Source of the DNA: a virus
Lineage: Duplodnaviria; Caudoviricetes
Reading direction: 5' to 3' (one strand)
IMG/VR virus record: IMGVR_UViG_3300049731_000156
Coordinates: 1-37,715 of that record
Length of the DNA stretch: 37,715 bases
Positions 25,852 through 35,425 of this stretch are shown here, in pieces (position 1 is the stretch's first letter; every line of letters begins with the position of its first letter). Below the pieces are notes generated by a model. That model was given only the letters and a program-made list of their open reading frames with translations, had not been told where the DNA came from and made no database searches. A program made the translations under genes and the position numbers.

Positions 25852-26058
25852 ATGAGCCGGTTCGATAAATGCTGGTGTGGTGAAGTAAAGCCCTACTACG
25901 CGCCGCTACCCAGGTCCTGCGACGGCTCCGGGACGATCCTCTGCTACTGCGGCGGAGACATGTGCGTCTGTCATTGGCATGGCGAGGCTGAGTGTCTGGG
26001 CTGCCCGGAATGTGAAGAAGGGGACGACGAGCAGTTCCATGCTCCGGATGACCGATGA
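25852..26058 (+). CDS. Small Cys-rich protein
   Basis: 68 aa with 10 Cys (CWC, CDGSG, CYCGGDMCVC, CLGCPEC). Confidence 0.65.
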   Translation: MSRFDKCWCGEVKPYYAPLPRSCDGSGTILCYCGGDMCVCHWHGEAECLGCPECEEGDDEQFHAPDDR

Positions 26059-26306
26059 ATCCGATGAATCTCCCGAGTGTGGTCGTCCATCCTTACGGCC
26101 GGACGGCGAAAGATCGATGTTTCCGGCTAATTGTTCTAGGCCGGCCCATCAAGCCTCATTGCGATGCTAGCGCCGCGATCATAATAGCCGAATGGCTAAA
26201 GAACGGCGGGCTCTGGGCCATCAAGCGCTTGTTTGAAGAGGATGTGCTCAAAGAGGCACCTGACGACGATGAACGATCCGATGCCCCAGATGACGGTGAG
26301 CGATGA
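26055..26306 (+). CDS. Hypothetical protein
   Basis: ATGA-coupled; 83 aa. Confidence 0.5.
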   Translation: MNPMNLPSVVVHPYGRTAKDRCFRLIVLGRPIKPHCDASAAIIIAEWLKNGGLWAIKRLFEEDVLKEAPDDDERSDAPDDGER

Positions 26307-27753
26307 GGAGCGTTTCCTCTGCTGGGCGCACGGCGGTTCCAACGTCTTTCTCACCGGCGCCGGCGGGGTGGGCAAATCCTACCTCACCCGGATCTTTATC
26401 CAGGAGCGCAAGGCAAAGGGGCTTCGCCTGGCCATCACGGCCTCCACCGGGGTCGCCGCCATCCTGGTCGGCGGCTCCACCATCCATTCCTGGGCCGGCA
26501 TCGACCTGGGGCCGATGAAGGAAGAGAGCTTCGAGGAGTGCGCTTGCCGGCTCATCGACCGGAAGTACTCGGCTGCTCGCCGCGCGGAGGCGCGGGTCCG
26601 CTCCGCCCAGTGCGTCCTGATCGACGAGATCAGCATGCTCCCTGGCCGGGTCCTCTCCTTCCTCGACTTCTGGTTCAGGCGCCTTCGCTCTGACTCCCGT
26701 CCCTTCGGCGGCTGCCAGATGCTCTTTGTCGGCGACTTCCTCCAGCTCTCTCCCGTCCGGAAGGACCCGCGGGAACCTTATGACTGGGCCTTCAAGACGG
26801 AGGCCTGGGGCTGCCTGGACAAATCGATCCTCCTGGAAACGATCCGCCGGCAGACCGACCAGACCTTCATCAAGGCGCTCTCCGCCGTCCGGGTGGGAAA
26901 GCTCTCCTCGCCCGACGTCCGGGTCTTGCGCGCGCGCGTCCGGGAGAACCCCTCTCGGGACACGCCGCGGCTCATGACCCACAACCTCGCGGTGAACAAG
27001 TGGTGCGAATTGATGCTGTCCGACATCGAGGCGCCGGCCGTTACCTTCGAGGCCGAGACCAGCGGGTCTCCCGAAGCGGTGGCGACCCTCGCAAAGAACA
27101 TCCTGGCGCCAGCGACACTGGTGTTGAAGGTCGGCGCGCTCGTGATGCACCTGGTCAATAAAACGTACACCCTCGAGGACGGCCGGGAGCTCTACGTCGT
27201 CAATGGCGCCCTGGCGACCGTGCTCGAGCTCGCCCCCCCGAACGAGGACGGCCGTGGTGGCGGCGCCATCCTCCGCCTGGTGGACGGCGGACACCTGGTC
27301 GGGGTCGATCGCCACTCGTATTCCTGGAGCCATCACCGGCCGGAGCATGGTGGGCCTGAATACAGCCAGCTCCCCCTCCGCCTGGCCTGGGCGCTCACCA
27401 TCCATAAGGCGCAAGGCATGACCATCGACCGGGCGCATATCGACGTGCGCGCCGCCCGGGAGCCTGGCCAGACCTACGTGGCGCTCTCCCGGGTGCGGAC
27501 CCTCGAGGGACTTTCACTCAAGGAATGGCCGTCCGGCGCTTTCGTCTCGCCGCAGGCGATCCGGTTCTACCAGGACCTGAAGCCAAGCCGGGACGTTGTG
27601 CAAAGCGCCGACAAACCCGCCCGGCTGGCCGCAGCGCCAGTTTTGAGTGATGGGGGGCTGTCTTCACCCTCCCCGCAGACTCGGGCCACGCCCACGGGCA
27701 GCCAGGGGCTGGCGCAAGCTGATCTCCTGCCATCTCGTCCCGCGTACGCGTGA
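26269..27753 (+). CDS. Pif1-family SF1B DNA helicase
   Basis: TGAGGVGKS, ASTGVAA, IDEISML, PFGG.Q...GDFLQL, RRQ, LAWALTIHKAQG, YVALSR. Confidence 0.92.
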   Translation: MNDPMPQMTVSDEERFLCWAHGGSNVFLTGAGGVGKSYLTRIFIQERKAKGLRLAITASTGVAAILVGGSTIHSWAGIDLGPMKEESFEECACRLIDRKYSAARRAEARVRSAQCVLIDEISMLPGRVLSFLDFWFRRLRSDSRPFGGCQMLFVGDFLQLSPVRKDPREPYDWAFKTEAWGCLDKSILLETIRRQTDQTFIKALSAVRVGKLSSPDVRVLRARVRENPSRDTPRLMTHNLAVNKWCELMLSDIEAPAVTFEAETSGSPEAVATLAKNILAPATLVLKVGALVMHLVNKTYTLEDGRELYVVNGALATVLELAPPNEDGRGGGAILRLVDGGHLVGVDRHSYSWSHHRPEHGGPEYSQLPLRLAWALTIHKAQGMTIDRAHIDVRAAREPGQTYVALSRVRTLEGLSLKEWPSGAFVSPQAIRFYQDLKPSRDVVQSADKPARLAAAPVLSDGGLSSPSPQTRATPTGSQGLAQADLLPSRPAYA

Positions 27754-27765
27754 ACTGCCATCTCC

Positions 27766-28641
27766 ATGGCACTCGACCGGTACCGCCTGGCGCACGTTCG
27801 ATCCCTGCCGGACGGAGGCTACACGGCTCAATGCCCGGTCTGTCACGCCGCGGGCGGGGACAGTCATGGGGTCCACCTCCGGGTCTTTGCCTCCGGGGCC
27901 TTTGCCTGCGTGGTGCACCCTGGCGATCGCCACCACCGCAGCCTGATCTGGCAGGCGGCCGGGGATCGCTCTTGCGCCTCCTCTCCTCATGGGGTGGTCC
28001 GGGTGGCGGCGCGGTCGGCCAGGCGCGCCTCCCTCCTCGAGGACCTGGATTACGTCCGCCCCAGAATCTTCGCCCGACCCTGGGCACCGGACGCGATCCG
28101 CAGCGACTCGCCGGCGCGGATCCCCTCCGCGGCCGCCGATCAGGCTGCCGTCCTTCTACGCCTCTTCCGGCCGCTCGACGTGCTCTGGATCGGGCACCTG
28201 TGCGACTCCGGTCAGGAATGGCATGCCTCCCATTTCCGGCCGGCAAAGGACTGGCTCCGTACCGATCGGATTCCACCCGGTCCAAGGATCTGCACCTGCA
28301 CCTTCCGCCCCGGCGTCTGTAGCCGGTCCCAGGACAGCATGCTCGCGCGGCGCTTCCTGGTGGTGGAAGCCGACTCCATCGACCTCCCCGCCCAAGGCTC
28401 GATCCTCCGTTGGCTCTCCGGCCTGGGCTTGAAGCTCCGGGCGATCGTGCATTCCGGGGGCCGCTCCCTGCATGGCTGGTTCGATTACCCGGCGGCGCGG
28501 AAGCTCGAAGACTTACGACTCTTGTTGCCGGCGCTCGGCTGTGACCCGGCGCTGTTCAACCCGGTTCAGCCTGTCCGCCTCCCCGGCTGGCGCCGGCCGG
28601 ACTCGGGCACCATCCCCCAGCTCCTCTACCTGGCTCCATGA
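27766..28641 (+). CDS. AEP/RepB-like DNA primase with N-terminal Zn finger
   Basis: AQCPVC...H...C; LVVEAD (motif I), VHSGGRSLHGW (motif II), RLPG. Confidence 0.75.
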   Translation: MALDRYRLAHVRSLPDGGYTAQCPVCHAAGGDSHGVHLRVFASGAFACVVHPGDRHHRSLIWQAAGDRSCASSPHGVVRVAARSARRASLLEDLDYVRPRIFARPWAPDAIRSDSPARIPSAAADQAAVLLRLFRPLDVLWIGHLCDSGQEWHASHFRPAKDWLRTDRIPPGPRICTCTFRPGVCSRSQDSMLARRFLVVEADSIDLPAQGSILRWLSGLGLKLRAIVHSGGRSLHGWFDYPAARKLEDLRLLLPALGCDPALFNPVQPVRLPGWRRPDSGTIPQLLYLAP

Positions 28642-30107
28642 AGATCGCTCGAGGTTTACAGGCTCCAGACATTGCCCCACTAACAACCCTGGAGCGCCTT
28701 GAGCGGCTCTACGATCGCCCCTGGTCCCTCGACGACCGCGGGGTGGTGGTCTCGATCAACCCGCGGTGGTGGGCCGGCCTTTACCACACCGAGAACCACG
28801 TTCTCCATTGCCCGGTTGAGGGCTTCTTCGAATTCGACGCGCTCGAGGGCATCTACGTCCGCCTCTCGCCAGAGCGCCTCCGGGAGCACCTGGCCTCTCT
28901 GATCCTCCGCATTGCCCGGGAGCACTCCCTCCCGGGCCTGGTGCGCCAGGCAAAGGTAGCCACCCTCTCGCAGATCGCGCTCTTCCTGGAGGGCATCTCA
29001 GAGGTGAGAGACCCGTTCGACAACACCAAGGGGATCCTGGCCGTGCAGAATGGCGTGCTCGTCTTCGCTCGTGGGAAGGTCCGATTCGAAGCTTTCTCGC
29101 CGAAGTTCCGGGTCCGGGACCGCATCCCGGTCGTGTACGATCGCCACGCGGTCTGTCCGCGGTACGACCAGGAGTTCATGGCGGACGTGCTCGAGGACGA
29201 CGACGTCGATCTCCTTCACCGGCAAACGGGCCTCATTCTGGCTGGCATCAACCCGTCCCACCGGCTCGGGATCCTCGAGGGGGTCGCCGGCTCTGGGAAA
29301 TCCTCCTACCTGAAGCTGGTGACCGAGATGAACGGCGTGAGCCGGGTGGTGGAGCTCCGAACGACCCACCTGGACAAGCCTTTCGAGCTTTCCGCTTTCC
29401 GCGGGAAAACCCTTCTGACGGCCTCCGATGTCGGCGCCGACTTCCTATCGACCGCAGGCGCCCACACGTTAAAGGGCCTGGTGTCCGACGATCTCTTCAA
29501 CCCGGAATCGAAAAACTCGAATGAACGGAAGCCCATGCGCGGGCCGTTCAGCGTGCTGATCGGGACCAACTGCAAGCTGGTCTACCGTTCCCAGGGGGAC
29601 GCCGACGCCTGGCGCCGCCGCTTGATTATCTATGAATGGAAGACGCCACCGGCGGGACGCCGAAAGGTTATCGACTTTGTTAGCCAACTGCTTGCCTCCG
29701 AAGGTCCGGGTATCCTGAACCGGTGGATTACCGGGTACAAGCGGGCCTGGGGTGAGCTCCAGGAGTTCGGCGATCTCGTGCTCTCCGAGGTGCAGCAGGC
29801 GCGGGTGGAAGCGCTTGTCATGCGATCGGAGGCGCTCGAGATGTTCGTCAAGACACGCATCGAGGCGGACCCTGGCGAGGATCTGACCTCGCAGGAATTC
29901 CTGGAGGCCTTCCTCGAGTGGTGCCTGGCGATGGGGTGGATCCCGCCCAGTGAGCGCATCATCCAGATCCGGGCGCCGGAGCTCATGCTCCAGCACCACG
30001 GGAAGCCGCGCTCGAATAACCTGCAGCGCGAAGGGCACAAGTACCTCCGCGGGTGGCGCGGGGTGCGCCTGATCGACGACGGCGCCCGGGCCTTTCCGCA
30101 GAATTGA
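28638..30107 (+). CDS. D5/P4-family SF3 helicase
   Basis: D5-N VQNGVL, Walker A GVAGSGKS, LKGLVSDD, AWRRRL, GILN, and a C-terminal RGWRGVRL. Confidence 0.88.
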   Translation: MKIARGLQAPDIAPLTTLERLERLYDRPWSLDDRGVVVSINPRWWAGLYHTENHVLHCPVEGFFEFDALEGIYVRLSPERLREHLASLILRIAREHSLPGLVRQAKVATLSQIALFLEGISEVRDPFDNTKGILAVQNGVLVFARGKVRFEAFSPKFRVRDRIPVVYDRHAVCPRYDQEFMADVLEDDDVDLLHRQTGLILAGINPSHRLGILEGVAGSGKSSYLKLVTEMNGVSRVVELRTTHLDKPFELSAFRGKTLLTASDVGADFLSTAGAHTLKGLVSDDLFNPESKNSNERKPMRGPFSVLIGTNCKLVYRSQGDADAWRRRLIIYEWKTPPAGRRKVIDFVSQLLASEGPGILNRWITGYKRAWGELQEFGDLVLSEVQQARVEALVMRSEALEMFVKTRIEADPGEDLTSQEFLEAFLEWCLAMGWIPPSERIIQIRAPELMLQHHGKPRSNNLQREGHKYLRGWRGVRLIDDGARAFPQN

Positions 30108-30159
30108 TCCCTCCTCCGGCGCCGGCAGAGCTTAATCTCGCCGGTTTTGTCCCTTCACC

Positions 30160-30510
30160 TGTCCCAAGCGTCCCACCTCTCCCCGGGCCCGGACGCTTGG
30201 GACGCCCATGGGACGCCCATGGGACAGGTGCCCCGTCCCAAAAAAAACGCCAATTCATTGACCTTTCAGGTTTCTTTTTCTTCTTGGGACGCTTGGGACG
30301 CTTCTCTATTGGATTAATGGAAAAAAGGACCTGATTGAACATGTACTGGGATTGGGGACGCGTGCTGTGGAATAGATGCGAAAAAGAAGCGTCCCAAGCG
30401 TTTTCAGCGTCTGGAATGTCTCTCGATCTCATGACTGTCACGAGTCGAACGAGTCGAACGAGGTCTTTTTTCCAGAAAGTCCTATAAAGAAAGTCTCTAT
30501 AGAGACTTTA
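30160..30510. promoter_or_regulatory. Putative replication origin (GGGACGC iterons, AT tracts, palindrome)
   Basis: Seven perfect GGGACGC/GCGTCCC copies (30168, 30199, 30210, 30286, 30295, 30355, 30389) plus near copies in both orientations. A/T runs. 20-bp perfect palindrome at 30490-30509. Directly after the primase and helicase genes. Confidence 0.7.
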
Positions 30511-30934
30511 GGGGAAAATGACCTCGACGCCTCGTTCGCCTCGTCTCCCGAGCGATGAACACGTGAGTTACGAAGATTGCCCGGGTGCCACAGCACCGTC
30601 CCCACCTAAATCGAAAACCAATGCATGGGACCGCAACGCTCGGGCCTGTAAACTGATGACAACCATGAAAGCTGAAGCCTACAAGCCACCCCGACCCCTG
30701 ATAGGCAACCCTAATCCCCCGCTGGGTCCGAAGCCGAGACCCCGGCGCGGGAACCTCTAGCAAGCTGTCCTGCAGCGGCCGCTGGAACCCTCGGTAGGGC
30801 CTCAGGATGGCTCCTATTCGAACCCTGAAGCCCTGGCTGCCCCATGAGCCATTGAAAGTCAAATGTCTAATTCAAACCAGAATCCTCTGCAAAAACCTTC
30901 CGGGATGACCCCCCGAAGGAATCTTTTCGGTGTG

Positions 30935-30954
30935 CCAACCTGGCGCAAGGTCGG
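30935..30954. other. Candidate cosN-like terminase cleavage site
   Basis: Imperfect dyad CCAACCTGGC|GCAAGGTCGG (8 of 10 pairs), about 60 bp upstream of terS in a phage with a lambda-type terminase. Confidence 0.35.
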
Positions 30955-31015
30955 GCGCAGGGCGAAAAGCGTCCATGAGACCACGTAACTTGTTAGCGCC
31001 TAACGTTTTATAGCG

Positions 31016-31552
31016 ATGCCTGCCCGTACAGCGCCGATTGTCCTGACTCAGGAAGAGGCTGCCGCACAACTTGGCGTCTCCGATTCGACCCTCCGTAAAG
31101 GGTTGATGGATTTGAACTTGGACATCCGTGGAAAACGGAAAATTCCGATTCGTGTCTGGGTGAAGTGCATCATCGGCGACATCAAGGCGGAGCGCACGCG
31201 GCTCACAAGGGCGCACGCGGACCTGCTCGAGCTCAACCGGCTTCGTCTGAACAAGGAGGTGGCGGACATCGCCGACGTGAAGGCGTTCTACGGCCCGGCT
31301 CTGGCCGGCCTCCGCCAGGTGCTGCTCGAGTCTCCCTCGGCGCTCTGCTACCAGATGAACCCCAGCGACCCGGAACTCGCGCGCTCGGTGCTGCATGACT
31401 TCCTGACCAGGACCCTCGACAGCTTCTCCCGACGGATGGAGGACTTCATTCCCGCCGATGCTCGCGAACCTGCAAAGCCCAAGACAACGAAGCGAACTGC
31501 TCCACGAACTCGCGGCGTGGTCGGGCGAGCTGTTGCGGCCGCCACCGCTTGA
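31016..31552 (+). CDS. terS: Terminase small subunit (Nu1-like)
   Basis: N-terminal HTH LTQEEAAAQLGVSDSTL and the Nu1-like KAERTRLTRAHADLLEL; directly upstream of terL. Confidence 0.8.
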   Translation: MPARTAPIVLTQEEAAAQLGVSDSTLRKGLMDLNLDIRGKRKIPIRVWVKCIIGDIKAERTRLTRAHADLLELNRLRLNKEVADIADVKAFYGPALAGLRQVLLESPSALCYQMNPSDPELARSVLHDFLTRTLDSFSRRMEDFIPADAREPAKPKTTKRTAPRTRGVVGRAVAAATA

Positions 31553-33350
31553 GTCGCCCTCGACCTGGGCGCAGCGCGCAGTGCACATCCCGCCGCCGCA
31601 GAGCCCGAGCCCAGGCTGGTTCACGCTGCGGACCCGGGAGTTTGCGGCCGAATGGATTGATTCCTTCGCGAACATCGCTCTGACCGACTGCGTCATCGTC
31701 ACCGGCGCCCAGGTGTCGAAGACCACGTCGCTTGCGGTCGGGCTCCTCTGGACCATCCGGAACAGCCCTTGTTCGGCGCTCCTGGTGATGCCGAACGAAA
31801 AACTGGCTGGCAGCTTCAGCGAGACCCGCCTGCAGCCCATCATCGAGAGTTCGCCCGAGCTCGCGGCCCTGGTGCCCACGGGAGCGGACCGGCACCGATA
31901 CAAGAATCTCGAGATGATGCTGGGTGCATCGACCCTGGCGCTCGTGGGTTCGAACTCACCCAGCAACCTCGCCTCCCGCCCGGTGAAGGTTCTGCTTTGC
32001 GATGAGACGGACAAGTTCCTCGGTAGCACGAACGAGGAAGCCGACGCCCTGAGCCTGGCGATTCAGCGGACGAAGAGCTTTGCCAACCCGAAGCGCTACT
32101 TCTCCTCGACCCCGACCGTGAGCGACGGGCCGATCTGGGCAAAGTTCCTCGAGGGCGACCAGCGGCGGTTCCAGATCCCGTGCCCGCACTGCGGCCGGCT
32201 GGTCGTCCTGGCCTGGAGCGCCACCTACAGCGTCTTCCGCCCAACCGGGATCGAAGCCTTCGTTTTCTGGGACAAGGAAGCGAAGCGCCCCAACGGCGAA
32301 TGGGACCTGGTCAGGGTCGAGAAGAGCGCTCATGCCCGTTGCCCGCATTGCCAGGGCAGCATCCGGGACGGCGAAAAGACCAAGGCGGTGCGGGCCGGCA
32401 AGTGGGTCCCCACGGCCGCCGGCGCGGCCGGCTACCGGAGCTGGCATCTGCCGAGCCTCTACGCCTCGACGCCAGAGACGACCTTCGGGCGACTGGCGGT
32501 GAAGTTCATCCTGACCAAGCGGAGCGGCACCACCCAGGCCTTCGTCAATTCCGAGCTCGCCGAGATCTGGGAGAGCCAGGATGAGCGGAGCGAACGCCGG
32601 GAGATCGTGGTGCGGGGAGAGGACCTGGAGAAGCCTGTGGGCGATGACCAGGTCACCATCCTCACGGCCGATTTCCAGATGCTGGCGCCCTACCTCTGGT
32701 ACGTTGCCAGGACTTGGGCGAAGAACGGGGACAGCCGTCTCGTGCGCTGCGGGCACCTGGACACGTTCGAGGACCTGCGAGCGGTTCAGCTCGACCTCAA
32801 GGTTCCTGACAACCTGGTGTTCATTGACTCCGGCTACAGCGCCGCCGATGTCTACGCGGCCTGCCGACGATACGGGAAACTGGTCCCGGTCCCGAACGCG
32901 CCTGCGACCCACGTCGGCTGGATTCCGTGCAAGGGCCGGGAGCGGACCATGGGCTGGGTCGACCCGAAGACGAAGCAACCCCGGCTCTGGACCCTCAGCT
33001 CGGCGCCCCTGGAGGCCCGCGGGCTCCGGATGCCGCTCCTCGAGTTCAACGGCGAGTTTCTCCGGGACGTGCTGGCCAGGCTCCGACGCAGGGGACAGCC
33101 CAGGTGGGAGCTTACGGACGCCGCGGACGAGACTTATTACTCCCACCTCGACAGCTATGTGCGCCGGCCGGTTGTCGTGGGGCGGAGAATCCAAGTCAAA
33201 TGGACACCACGAACACAAAAAGCCGCCGACCACCTGCTCGACAGCGAGCTCGAACAAATCGCCGCCGCGATGTTTCAGCGCCGGCTCGTCTGGACGTTCG
33301 AGCCACCGCCGGAAGCGGAGCCAGTGACATTGGGGACCCTGGGCCGCTGA
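31458..33350 (+). CDS. terL: Terminase large subunit, lambda gpA family
   Basis: GAQVSKTT (Walker A), LLCDETD (Walker B), SSTPT, GDQRRF.IPCPHC, FIDSGY, DHLLD. Confidence 0.93.
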   Translation: MLANLQSPRQRSELLHELAAWSGELLRPPPLESPSTWAQRAVHIPPPQSPSPGWFTLRTREFAAEWIDSFANIALTDCVIVTGAQVSKTTSLAVGLLWTIRNSPCSALLVMPNEKLAGSFSETRLQPIIESSPELAALVPTGADRHRYKNLEMMLGASTLALVGSNSPSNLASRPVKVLLCDETDKFLGSTNEEADALSLAIQRTKSFANPKRYFSSTPTVSDGPIWAKFLEGDQRRFQIPCPHCGRLVVLAWSATYSVFRPTGIEAFVFWDKEAKRPNGEWDLVRVEKSAHARCPHCQGSIRDGEKTKAVRAGKWVPTAAGAAGYRSWHLPSLYASTPETTFGRLAVKFILTKRSGTTQAFVNSELAEIWESQDERSERREIVVRGEDLEKPVGDDQVTILTADFQMLAPYLWYVARTWAKNGDSRLVRCGHLDTFEDLRAVQLDLKVPDNLVFIDSGYSAADVYAACRRYGKLVPVPNAPATHVGWIPCKGRERTMGWVDPKTKQPRLWTLSSAPLEARGLRMPLLEFNGEFLRDVLARLRRRGQPRWELTDAADETYYSHLDSYVRRPVVVGRRIQVKWTPRTQKAADHLLDSELEQIAAAMFQRRLVWTFEPPPEAEPVTLGTLGR

Positions 33351-33550
33351 ATCGGGCGACGATACTCTGGACGGCGAAGAGCCAGGCGGCGGAGCTGTCC
33401 GTTTCGCGCACCACCATCACCGCCTGGCGCAAGCTGGGACTGCCCCACGTCGTGACCCTGAAGCAGCTTTGCAAGTTCGCCCTCGAACACGCGCATCCGC
33501 GGGCCATCCGGGTGCAAAATGGGTCACCGCCCGGGTTGCGCTCGTCCTGA
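33347..33550 (+). CDS. Small HTH protein (Nu1/MerR-like DNA-binding domain), CTG start
   Basis: WTAKSQAAELSVSRTTITAWRKLGLP. The only nearby start upstream of the HTH is CTG in a CTGA overlap with the terL stop. Confidence 0.6.
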   Translation: MNRATILWTAKSQAAELSVSRTTITAWRKLGLPHVVTLKQLCKFALEHAHPRAIRVQNGSPPGLRSS

Positions 33551-33572
33551 TGCCTGTGTCCCAAAGTGAGGG

Positions 33573-33938
33573 GTGCAGCTTTCGTCGTTGCAACTCCGCG
33601 CCCTGGCTCGCGTCGTCTGTGCCCAGGTCGTCCCGCCGGAAACGCTCTCCGACGTCCTGAAGGCGTCGATTCTCGAGAACGGCAAGCGGCTGCTGGACGC
33701 GGGCGCGGCGGCCGTCATCACTTCGTCATCGAGCGGAGGACTCAGCAGCACCCAGACGATTCTGCCCGGCACCCTCATGCCGGGCGACGTGATCTCCGCA
33801 ATGGAACTCCTCCTGGAGGTCGTCGAAGCCCTGGAGGCCGCAGGCGTGCCGCCGGAGGACATGTGCAGTGAGCTCCAGAAGCAGCTCGTCCCGGCCAGTA
33901 AGCAGATCCTCAAGAACTACACCGGCATGTTCCCATGA
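33573..33938 (+). CDS. Putative head completion protein (gpW position)
   Basis: Between terL and portal; ATGA-coupled to the portal gene. Confidence 0.55.
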   Translation: MQLSSLQLRALARVVCAQVVPPETLSDVLKASILENGKRLLDAGAAAVITSSSSGGLSSTQTILPGTLMPGDVISAMELLLEVVEALEAAGVPPEDMCSELQKQLVPASKQILKNYTGMFP

Positions 33939-35425
33939 CCTTCACCCATCGCCTTCGAGGAATCTTCCGACCCCGCCGGCATCGGCAGGTTGAAGCGCGC
34001 TATGAGGCAGCCGACTGGTCATTCCTCCGCAGCTTCCTCCCGAGCCCCGTCACCGACGCGCGGAAGGACATCAGCGCCGGTAGCCGTACTGAAGTCCTGC
34101 GCAAGGCTCGTCACTTCTACCAGAACAGCCCAATCGCCCGTGCGCTCATCGAGCGCCTGGTCACCTTCACTGTCGGCGCCTCCGGGATCGTGCCGGCGCC
34201 CAAGTCGTCAAGCGCCCGGTGGAACCAGCGGGCTCGAAAATACTGGGACCGTTGGGGCAAGCGCTGTGACGTCACCGGCCGGCACAACCTCGCGAGCTAC
34301 CAGCGGATGTTTTTGCGGGCTGCCTTTGTGGACGGGGACTGCTTCTCGGTCCTGACCGAGGACAATCTACTTCAACTCATCGAAGGCCACCGGATCGGCA
34401 CGCCCTCTCCACCGCCGGTCCCGCCGGACAATCCGAGCGACGGGGTCCTGACTGATGACGTCGGGCGGCCCCTGAAATACCAGCTCCTGGACGACAAGCG
34501 GCAGCTCGACCGCAACCTGCCGGCCGAGTCCGTGGTGCAACACGTTTTCCTCGAACGCGCCAGCCAGCCCCGAGGTATCTCGATTCTCGCGAGCGCGATG
34601 CAGAACCTGCACGACGTCTCCGACATCGTCGCCCTGGAGAAGCAGGCGGTGAAGAGCGGCAGCTCGACGACGGACATCATCAAGACCAAGAGCGGCGAGT
34701 ACAATTTCGAGGAGGCGGTTCGTAACGGCGCGACGGCGCCGACCGTGGATTCCAAGGTCTATTACGAGCAGGTGTTCGGCGCCACCGCCAAGGTCCTCCG
34801 TACCGACGACGACTTCGCCCAGTACCGCAGCGAGCGGCCCAGCGCCGCCTGGCAGGGTTTCATGGATTTCCTCCTGGCCTCGATTGCGATCTCCACCGGC
34901 ATCCCGCCGTCGGTCCTGACGCACGGCAAGATCGGCGGCGCGGATACGAGGCGCGACCTGGCCGTCGCGCAGCGCGTGGTCGAATGCTGGCAGTCCGAGA
35001 TCGCGAGCCAGATGGACCGGGTCTGGGAGTTCATCATCGAGGACGCCGATGGCCTGGGCTCCGCACCGGCCGACTGGCGGGATGTCGAGTGGCAGTTCCC
35101 GGTGAAACTCACCGTGGACGCCGGCCGCGAAGCCATCGCCGACCGCGAGGACGTGCGCTCCGGCCTGGTCACCCTCGAGGAGTACTGCTCCCGCTACGGC
35201 ATCGACTGGACCGAGCACGTCGCGCAGCTCGCCAAGGAGCAGGAACGGGTCGCCGAGGCGGATGACACCGGACAGCTCACGAATCGTCTTTACGGCAATC
35301 CGTCGGCTGCGATTGATCCGCCCAAGGAACCGGGCGAGGACGAAGAAGAAGAAGAGCCGGAGGAAGAGGAAGAAGAGGAGGCGGAGGAGAAACCAGAGGA
35401 TGAAGCGAAGCCAGCTCGCGCTTGA
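33935..35425 (+). CDS. Portal protein, lambda gpB family
   Basis: RYEAA, ARHFYQNSPIA, DGDCF, ERASQPRGIS, TGIP; acidic C-terminus. Confidence 0.92.
   Translation: MTFTHRLRGIFRPRRHRQVEARYEAADWSFLRSFLPSPVTDARKDISAGSRTEVLRKARHFYQNSPIARALIERLVTFTVGASGIVPAPKSSSARWNQRARKYWDRWGKRCDVTGRHNLASYQRMFLRAAFVDGDCFSVLTEDNLLQLIEGHRIGTPSPPPVPPDNPSDGVLTDDVGRPLKYQLLDDKRQLDRNLPAESVVQHVFLERASQPRGISILASAMQNLHDVSDIVALEKQAVKSGSSTTDIIKTKSGEYNFEEAVRNGATAPTVDSKVYYEQVFGATAKVLRTDDDFAQYRSERPSAAWQGFMDFLLASIAISTGIPPSVLTHGKIGGADTRRDLAVAQRVVECWQSEIASQMDRVWEFIIEDADGLGSAPADWRDVEWQFPVKLTVDAGREAIADREDVRSGLVTLEEYCSRYGIDWTEHVAQLAKEQERVAEADDTGQLTNRLYGNPSAAIDPPKEPGEDEEEEEPEEEEEEEAEEKPEDEAKPARA

Noticed and set aside
26248-27438. Long antisense ORFs (also 4829-6061, 30872-32029, 31956-33257, 34367-35488)
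   Set aside because: They mirror well-supported + strand genes, as expected from high GC3 codon bias, and show no recognisable motifs.
30053-30862. ORFs across the origin region (30053-30334, 30376-30558, 30518-30760, 30497-30862)
   Set aside because: These are translations of iterons and low-complexity Pro/Arg sequence with no coupling or motifs. 30518-30760 cannot be fully excluded.
35335-35400. GAA/GAG-rich tract at the portal 3' end
   Set aside because: It simply encodes the acidic portal tail.
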